DNA of 64,000 nt, taken from assembly GCA_964016885.1 (NCBI GenBank), contig OZ024745.1, positions 131,502,001 to 131,566,000 of the forward strand. Direction: 5' to 3'. How positions within the stretch are numbered: the stretch's first letter is position 1; each line of letters begins with the position of its first letter. This stretch comes from Eledone cirrhosa (lineage: Eukaryota). The notes under the pieces are model-generated. The model did no database searches, had not been told where the DNA came from, and saw nothing but the letters and a program-made list of their open reading frames with translations. This document shows, one piece after another, positions 56,332-64,000 of this stretch. Made by a program: the position numbers and the translations under genes.

Positions 56332-58218
56332 TTAATATTTTTCAGCCATCATTAAGACAACTAATGCTGACCATCCAGTAAATGGGTGACTGCCTTTACC
56401 TTTGCCTGTCCGGTCATTGTACTGTTCCCAAACATAACCTGTTTCTGAATATTCTTTGTACATATTTCTGATGATATTAGTTCTAAGTTGATCGTAGATG
56501 GTCTTCGCCTGACTCTGATATGGCCCTTCCGTTGTAGAGTAGTGGTGTAATGCCTGCAGTGCTAAATAGTTGATATTGATCCAGATAGCACCACGCCAAT
56601 ATGGAGGGTCATGTTCTGTGTTGTAACGATTGTAGAGAGGTGCTGTTCGAGCTAATGAACGCAAACCATAATCTGTCCACAAGAGTTGCGTGTCGCGCAG
56701 GTCCTTTAAAATTTTCATTAATTTCGGAGATTCAGGACTGACAATCTTTATTAGGAATGGGAAAAGACTTACATAGCCAAAGGAATTTACAAATTGAATC
56801 TTAGGTTCAAGTACATTAACTCTGACTTTTTCAAGTTTAATTGGAGGCTGACCAGGTTTTGGTGGGGGTGCTTTGGGCTGCTCAAGTTTTACTTTGTCAG
56901 AGTGTAATCCAAAGTCACAGTATTGCTGTTTGCTTTCTGACCAATGAAATTCATCCAATAATTGGTTGTCTGTTAACATGTTGTAAGTTTCCTCATAAGG
57001 TTTCCAATCCATTTTGAGTGTTTTAGCAATATCAAGCATCACTCCAGAAGCAAGAGTCATCCAACATCGAAGATCAATGTGACGCTCATAATCTGTTGGA
57101 TGTGATGCTCTGGGGTAGTCATCAAGGCCTGATGTTAATGTTTTAGGATTTAATTCTCGTTTCACCAAAGGATCTCTCCCTCGCCAACGATACGTTCCTG
57201 GGATATTGCCAGATTGAGTCTCATTGTAGAAAGCATACCAAGCTTTTAAGCGAGGATAAACTGCTTTCAAAAAGGCCCGATCTTCAGGTTTATCACTCTT
57301 CACTAAAGTTTTAATAATTTTCTGTAATGGAAGGAAGAGGGTTGGAGGGTTAGCATTTGTATTATGTTGGACGACAAACTCAGCTGGAACTTTCCTCTGA
57401 GCTTCTGAGCCTAAGATTTGCTCACGTGGTATCCAACCTTCCACATTTATTAAATCTAACCAATGGGATATAATGTCTTTAGAAATGGTAGGATTCCATT
57501 GGACTATAAGCAGATTATGAAAACCTTCATCCCAGAGGAAACCCCTTGGGAAGAAAGATCTTGATGGTACAGCAGTATATAGAGAAGTTTCCCAATATTT
57601 AACAGGCTCTGGTGTATAAATGGACTTTACTTGTGACTCACCATGAAAATATCCAATACTTCCAAGCATATTACTTAAGGCAGCTTTGGCAAAGTTGATT
57701 TCTTCAGTTTTGAAATCTTTCTCTTTTAAATGGAATGTATCTTCAAACTTGGTATCAAATCCTTCCACATAATTATTTAATAAATTAGTGAAAGAATCTC
57801 CTTGTAAAGAATTTTCTCTTCTGTAACTCTGAGACTCAAACACTATTTCCATCTCTAATGGTAAAACAGCTGTGACCTGGTGAACTATAAAATTGGGACC
57901 ACTTGGAGCATCTCTTGGTACCGACCTACCCCTCAATACAAAATAAGGGAGAGTTCTCCCTTTGTCCCAAGCATCTACCTTCAAATGACTTTGGACAGTT
58001 TCTTTCAAAATGTCTAGATTTGGGACATAAGTAACAAGATGATGATATTTTTGATGTGTTGAAGTAGCTTTGTTAAATTTTAATTCAAAGTCACCAAGCT
58101 CCTTTACATATCCTGATATGGATTTCAGTCTGTTTTGTGATGTTACAGTTTGCAAGTTTCCTGGACCGTCCAATGCCATATAAAACATCAAAGAGACAAC
58201 TGCATGTCTTTCAGAACT
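56332..58218 (-). CDS. MOGS: Mannosyl-oligosaccharide glucosidase (ER alpha-glucosidase I, GH63), large terminal coding exon of 628 aa
   Basis: Motifs TAVPSRSFFPRGFLWDEGFH, GWIPREQILG, NANPPT, LTSGLDDYPRA, ERHIDLRCW, YWRGAIWININYL and GYVWEQY...PFTGWSALV. A polypyrimidine tract and AG acceptor (TCTTTTCTTTTCCATTTCAG) lie immediately upstream of 58218 in phase 0, so the first 18 residues of the ORF-track ORF are intronic. Confidence 0.97.
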   Translation of the reverse strand, partial: SSERHAVVSLMFYMALDGPGNLQTVTSQNRLKSISGYVKELGDFELKFNKATSTHQKYHHLVTYVPNLDILKETVQSHLKVDAWDKGRTLPYFVLRGRSVPRDAPSGPNFIVHQVTAVLPLEMEIVFESQSYRRENSLQGDSFTNLLNNYVEGFDTKFEDTFHLKEKDFKTEEINFAKAALSNMLGSIGYFHGESQVKSIYTPEPVKYWETSLYTAVPSRSFFPRGFLWDEGFHNLLIVQWNPTISKDIISHWLDLINVEGWIPREQILGSEAQRKVPAEFVVQHNTNANPPTLFLPLQKIIKTLVKSDKPEDRAFLKAVYPRLKAWYAFYNETQSGNIPGTYRWRGRDPLVKRELNPKTLTSGLDDYPRASHPTDYERHIDLRCWMTLASGVMLDIAKTLKMDWKPYEETYNMLTDNQLLDEFHWSESKQQYCDFGLHSDKVKLEQPKAPPPKPGQPPIKLEKVRVNVLEPKIQFVNSFGYVSLFPFLIKIVSPESPKLMKILKDLRDTQLLWTDYGLRSLARTAPLYNRYNTEHDPPYWRGAIWININYLALQALHHYSTTEGPYQSQAKTIYDQLRTNIIRNMYKEYSETGYVWEQYNDRTGKGKGSHPFTGWSALVVLMMAEKY

Positions 58219-58448
58219 CTGAAATGGAAAAGAAAAGACAACAGTAGTTACAAACATAGAGTGAGGCAGCATTTAAACATGTTTTAGATTAAAAAAAAAA
58301 CCAGCAAACCCTGATAGACTTACAAAATAGTAGACACTATAGTATTTTTTTCAACTAACTTTGATGAGTTAGAAAAAGAGAATGATAGCAACTTAAACAG
58401 TGTAAGCCTTGTCATATTTGTAATAAGCTAATAAAGAAGAATCTACAC

Positions 58449-58597
58449 CAGTCATAGGCAAACTGAAGTCAGTTTGGCTTTCTGAATGGCACATTTAATT
58501 TCAAAATTGCCTTGAACCTTTTAGTAGTGTGGCTCACCTTTGAGCAGTGAGTCACATCCTATGTGACTTATTGCTAAAAAAAAGTTACCCAAGCCTG
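58449..58597. mobile_element. hAT-type MITE with 8-bp target-site duplication, in the MOGS intron
   Basis: Termini CAGTCATAGGCAAAC and GTTACCCAAGCCTG; identical ATCTACAC at 58441-58448 and 58598-58605. Confidence 0.85.
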
Positions 58598-58852
58598 ATC
58601 TACACTTAGTCTAATTAATGTAACTGACAAATGTTTATGAGAAAACTCCACATAATCATTAAAAAAGAGAAACAGTAAGCCTGCTATAGAGAGAGGAGAA
58701 ATATTTAGAAGCTAACTATATGACATTGTTCACATAATTTACTTTATGTCTGGTTGTGTTATTCCTCCTGATAGATGAACTTGTCATATATTCAAACAGG
58801 TCTAGCTTGAATTGTTTAACAGTAATTGTAATGCACACACACACACAGTTTT

Positions 58853-59092
58853 CCAAGAGATGACAATGTGAATACACCTGCTTTTTCTCAAAGAAATTTC
58901 TTTTCTTTTTTGTCACTGCCCAGTTTCCTCTATCTTTCTGTTTCTTCTTTAATTTCTCATTCTATTTTCTGATGAAGGACTAGCATCCAAAACGTTAAGA
59001 CTCTTTTACTATTATATCAAGCGTAAAACTAATAATATATTTCTTCATTGTACTGTGTCAATTGCTGCGTTATTTCTGTTTGCCTTTTGCAT
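58853..59092 (+). mobile_element. Second copy of the hammerhead-bearing short element, core mutated
   Basis: CTGATGA-A-GGAC TAGC ATCC-AAAA-CG-TT-AAGACTC from 58969; downstream sequence homologous to 45780-45870. Confidence 0.65.
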
Positions 59093-59116
59093 ACATATCA
59101 TCATCATCATTTTCAA

Positions 59117-59390
59117 ATATTTGTTTCTACTTTTGGCACAAGACCAGCAATTATCCCAGTGTATTACTGGTACTTTATTTTATCGACCCCGTAAGGATGA
59201 AAGACAAAGTTAACCTCGGCAGGATTTTGAACTCAGAATGGCAAGGGCCGTAACTATTTGCTGCAAAGCATGGCGTCTGACCCTCTACCGATACTGCCAA
59301 TCCACCTCCCATGGCTTCTGACCCTCTACCAATACTGCCAACCCACCACCCATGGCGTCAGACCCTCTACCGATACTGCCAATCCACCCT
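59117..59390 (-). mobile_element. tRNA-derived SINE with a triplicated 41-bp 5' head
   Basis: SINE body at 59117-59309; the head unit CATGGC...CCAATCCACC starts at 59269, 59310 and 59351. Confidence 0.9.
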
Positions 59391-61497
59391 CAACGACTAG
59401 CTACATCAGTCGTAGGATGATGATCAATGCTGACTTGACGGCAAATATGATATTTTCTAGTTTATGAGATTTTTTATAAGCCATTCCTTTATTGTATATT
59501 TTATGTGTAGTGACTTTACTAGCTGCTATTTTCTATCAATTATGTTGAGCTTATTTCTCTATAGAATTACATAAAAACACAACAAAACTAGATAGAAAAA
59601 AAAAACAGTTGATAACACAAATATCTTATATTGAATTCTCCCTCAACACTAAAAGACTTTTCTTAGAAGCTACATTAACCAGGTGTCTACAGTAAAAAAT
59701 TGCAAGTCCCATGATAATGAGTAAGAAACATACAATAAGAAACATCCCTTAAGATAAGATTTGAAGTCTGAAAACATTGGGTCTTATAAATAAATTGTTT
59801 CGAAACAAAGGTAGTTGCAGTGTGGCAGAGTTACATATAAAATATAGAGTAAACAATAGAAGTTACTGAATAAAAATTGGCTATTTCTCCAGAACCTTAA
59901 CTCTGAAGCTAGTTGACATTTGCCATATGTGAAATTTGAAAACAACGTAGAGAATTTGTGTCTTATCACACAGATATATGTTATCAAGTGGGGAAATTGA
60001 AGAAAATTAAAAAAAATAGGAATTAATTCTAAGTGAATGACAACACTACAACTTAGAAATGTCACATTATTTTCTGTTTGGAGCAATGTGGTGATGTTAA
60101 TCTTTTTTTTTTCAGCAGTTGGGATTGCAATGTTGATAAGTATTCAAAAGTATTTAACAGTCCAACCAAATTTACTGAAACTTGTCTAAGGCAAAGAATA
60201 TCACAAACTATATTTGAAGCAGTAGATATGTTAGTACGCTCTTCAGTATTAGAAGTAACAAAACCAGTTTTGTCATTCTATTTCTGCATCACATTGTTGG
60301 TTTTTTTTGGAAGATCTTTATTAAAGAGCTTAATGGTTTACTGCAATCAGTTTAAATGAAAAGTGCATTGAATAACATTCATTAAAATTTGGAGTATTTT
60401 TCTGGTGGTAGGTAGGGCAACAAGCTGTAGAAACCACACCAAAAGTGGAATACATAATCAAGAAGTGGTTTTCCATCCTGCCTGGTCTCATACCATGACA
60501 ATCTGTTCAATGTATGTCAGTATGGAAAATAGATGGAAGATGATGAGGAGATGGAGATATAGTTTGAATTTCTATGTATTACACTTGACATATTTTAATG
60601 AATTGTTAAAAAGAAGCATTTGTGAGGTTAGTCTAGTTCATTGAAATGTTTCCCCCTTGCCATATTCACACTACAAGACTATATTTGTATGTAGACACTT
60701 CAGGCAAGACGTTCCTCTCAGATATTTTTGCCTCCATCCATTGTAGACACACATGCACTCTGAGCTTTTGCTCCCCATTTGATATTAGCAGTGCAGTAGT
60801 GATATTTGTTTGTCACGCATATATAGAAGTCTTGCAGCCCAACAGTTAGGTGTGTGAAAGCTGGCTTCAGGAAGGCTATCTAGTTGTAGAATACTGTCTC
60901 AAAAGGTTTTATTCAACATATTCTAGAATGAAAAAATGTATGTGAAATAATAAGATGATGATGATGATGAAAAATACTTCATTGTTGATGAACATGATAA
61001 CCTGAGTGGTTAAAATAAGGAACTACACACTTGATAATTTAATTTTAATAATTATTGTATAGATCGCGTTACATCCTTAAGCAAGGCTCGTTACTAACAA
61101 TCAACCTAATTTGAAACAGCTGTCAGTTTTACACTTGAAAGGTTATTAAAAATATCATTTTACTGATTCACTTCTTAATCTCTGAAAATTTACAGAACCA
61201 TCCATTTGGATCATGAAAAATATACACTTAGAAATATTGATTTCCTACATGGTATGGATTCTGAGGTCATTTCTTTCCTAAAGGTATTAGCAGTGATTCT
61301 GAAGTAAAATGAATTAAAATATTGAGGTTTTTTTAGAGAGACCTAGATAAAGCTTGCAATTTATAGAAATAGAAAGCTGTGATGTTCAAGCCTGTCCTGA
61401 GGGCAGCACGAATGTAAATGATGTGAAACTGATACAACAAAGTTTCAAGTTGGGTTACAGATATGATTTGTTAAGCAGTTGTCTTTTATCTCATCAA

Positions 61498-62101
61498 CTA
61501 CATGTCACATATTCTCCTCTGCCACACGTGTTGTATTCTCCTCTCTACTACATGTGACATATTACCCCCTCTACTACATGTCACATATTCTCCTCTGCCA
61601 CACGTGCTGTATTCTCCTCTCTACTACATGTCACATATTACCCCCTCTACTACATGTCACATATTCTCCTCTGCCACACGTGTTGTATTCTCTACTCTAC
61701 TACATGTGATATATTCTCCTCTCTACCACATGTGACATATTACCCCCTCTACTACATGTCACATATTCTCCTCTGCCACACATGCTGTATTCTCCTCTCT
61801 ACTACATGTGCTATATTCTCCTCTCTACCACATGTGACATATTACCCCCTCTACTACATGTGACATATTCTTCTCTTTGCTATATGTGACATATTCTCCT
61901 CTCCACTACATGTGCTGTATTCTCCCCTCTACTATATGCAACATATTCTCCCTCTACTACATGTGACATATTCTCCTCTCTAGTACATGTGACATATTCT
62001 CCCCTCTACTACATGTGACATATTCTCTGCTCTACTATATGTGACATATTCTCCCCTCTACTACATGTGCTGTATTCTCCTCTCTGCTACATGTGCTGTA
62101 T
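61498..62101. repeat. Minisatellite, 25-26-bp monomer with a 76-bp three-monomer period in its left half
   Basis: CATGTCACATATTCTCCTCTGCCACACG recurs at 61501, 61577 and 61653; monomer variants CTACATGT(C/G)ACATATT and CACACGTG(T/C)TGTATT. Confidence 0.92.
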
Positions 62102-62411
62102 TCTTGCTAAATAATTCCTCCCCAGGGTCTGCAATCCCATTGAATTCCCTTTCACACATATTTTCCCTTACATAGAGAAATTTGAACTGAAAATCAATGA
62201 CATCAACCCCAACAGTCTGTGAGGATAATAAAATGAAGATGAATGTTAAAGTAATATTCCTGAAAACAGGAACAATTCTTATAATAACGAGCAGAAAAAC
62301 CACCCTTCAGGTGGTTTTCTGCTAGCACGTGTAGTGTGCATATTGATATTATATGCAAATATACATGCATGGAGATATGGTACGTCAAATAAAATAATAA
62401 TTTGGATGGAA

Positions 62412-62508
62412 GCCAAAGTTAACCTCGGTGGGATTTGAACTCAGAACGTAAAGGGCCGTAACTCTATGCTGCAAACCGTAGCGTACGACCCTCTGCCGAT
62501 ACTGCCAA
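62412..62508 (-). mobile_element. SINE 5' half
   Basis: A and B box region of the main SINE family. Confidence 0.8.
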
Positions 62509-62711
62509 AGCTCTTAAGTGGTAATAGGACAATGTGTGTATGTGCGCGCACATGAGTTTGTTGGCGTTCTTAAATTAGAGACACGTGTGTGTGTGTGTGT
62601 CACTGTTTGTAAGTTAGACATATATGTGTGTATCCCTTTCCTTCCTTTTACACACACATACATTCACACAAGCACACATACACATTGCGTGATGGACAGA
62701 TGGACAGAAGT

Positions 62712-63372
62712 CCCTCAAATTTATATATGTGTGAATGGAGTTCTACTGAAGCAGTTAGAGAAGTTCAAGTATCTCGGGGCCGTGTTCATGAGTGATGGAA
62801 GGCAGGAGGCTGAATTAAATGCAAGAATTGCAGGAGCTGATGCAGTAATGCGCCAGCTTCAGCATTCAGAAATCAGAAGAAGGGGGTAGGTGTAAAAGCC
62901 AAACTTGCCGTCTTCCTGGTATTCCTGCCAACTTTTACCGAGGATCATGAATCTTGAGTAATGACCAAAAGAATACAATTGTAAATAAAAGCGGCAGAAA
63001 TGGGATTCCTGCGACGGATCTTTGGAGTAATGTTATTCAATAAAGTGCATCGCTCAGAGACCAGAGAGTCACTCCTGATAGAGCCGCTACTTCGCCGAAT
63101 TGAGAGATCGCAACTCCGATATTATGAGCATGTGGTTAGAATGTCTCAGTAAAGAATCTCTGAACACATTTTACAGGCAAACCCAGCCTGCAAGAGACCC
63201 AGAGGTAGACCCTGAGCAAGATAGTTGGATAACATCCATGAGCTTGGCTGGTCACGCATTAGGATCCAGCTGCATCAGTTAGAGATGTTTGTTACTGACA
63301 GACTTGCTGGAAGGAGTGTTTGAGAAGGACTCTGCCCCCACGACCTTCTCAGAAATAAGTGGGTGAAGAAGA
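62712..63372 (+). mobile_element. RTE-clade LINE 3' fragment, degenerate
   Basis: VNGVLLKQLEKFKYLGAVFMSDGRQEAELNARIAGA followed, across stops and frameshifts, by AAEMGFLRRI...EPLLRRIERSQLRYYEHVVRM...RPRGRP. Confidence 0.9.
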
Positions 63373-63655
63373 TATTGTCAATTTACTTTTCAATTTACAT
63401 ATATCTATATGCATATATATTTGCACATAATACCAATATGAACACTACATATGCCAGCAGAAAACCGCCCAAAGGGCGATTTTTCTGCTAGTATTTCTAA
63501 TGAAAGATACTACCTATGATTTTCAAACAATTTTGAATTTGAGGGGAGTTAGTAATACTGTCTCATTATTAAGCTGGTGTTTAACAATTAATCTAACAAA
63601 GGTACTTACATAAAACTATGATGGAAGGTTTTTTTTAGATAAATACAAAATCACT

Positions 63656-63891
63656 TTAACTCTTTAGTTAACAACCTGGCCCAAACCAGTTCTGGTTCTA
63701 TGAAATAAAACCACCCATTTTAAAGGGTTCCAATTTAAATAAAAATCTTCCGACATAATTTTATATAAGAGCCTTACATTAAGTTACTAAGTATTGAAAT
63801 AATTAATAATTTTTGTAAATCCTTCAAAATTGTTCTTTAATTAATCAAAATAGAGGGCATTTCATTAGAAATACAGTCATGAAAAGGTTAA
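63656..63891 (+). mobile_element. piggyBac-type non-autonomous element
   Basis: TTAA...AAAGG|TTAA; homologous to 38760-38996. An inverted head fragment (GGTATCAAAAGGGTTAA) follows at about 63905-63947. Confidence 0.75.
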
Positions 63892-64000
63892 AAGAAACAG
63901 ATTAGAACCAAGAATGGTTTTAGGCAGTCAGGTATCAAAAGGGTTAAAGAAATGACATTATAACAATGGTATCATACCCGGGGAGTAATTTTGATTTTCG

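Noticed and set aside
58219-58272. N-terminal 18 residues and start codon of the 646-aa ORF
   Set aside because: They lie upstream of a clear splice acceptor, and MOGS needs an N-terminal membrane anchor region encoded by further exons that I could not find before 64000.
61498-62101. Relationship between this minisatellite and the 21-kb satellite (TTCTCCTCTCTACTACA versus TTCTCTCTACAGTCTACA)
   Set aside because: The similarity is limited to low-complexity CT-rich words and the periods differ (25-26 versus 7/14/21).

Overview
AT-rich, repeat-dense animal nuclear DNA. The SINE families and microsatellite load suggest a coleoid cephalopod such as Octopus, but that is an inference. The only convincing host gene is the large terminal coding exon of mannosyl-oligosaccharide glucosidase (MOGS/GCS1, GH63) on the minus strand at 56332-58218; I could not find its upstream exons in the window. 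About 21 kb (8157-29110) is a 7-mer-based satellite with kilobase-scale near-identical blocks (A-A-B-A-B-B), and about 5 kb (40570-45635) is a TA-based microsatellite with an internal strand flip. These repeats explain almost all long ORFs in the track. The rest is TE debris: tRNA-derived SINEs, mariner, piggyBac-type and hAT-type MITEs, and RTE, CR1, Tx1/L1 and CRE LINE fragments. The most interesting signal is five type I hammerhead-ribozyme-like motifs from about four unrelated short non-coding elements that sit next to (TA)n or (CA)n tracts. Two of them are enclosed by long inverted repeats, consistent with Penelope-like or retrozyme-like elements. There are also several long fold-back palindromes. 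All of this was read by eye, with no database search or folding run.
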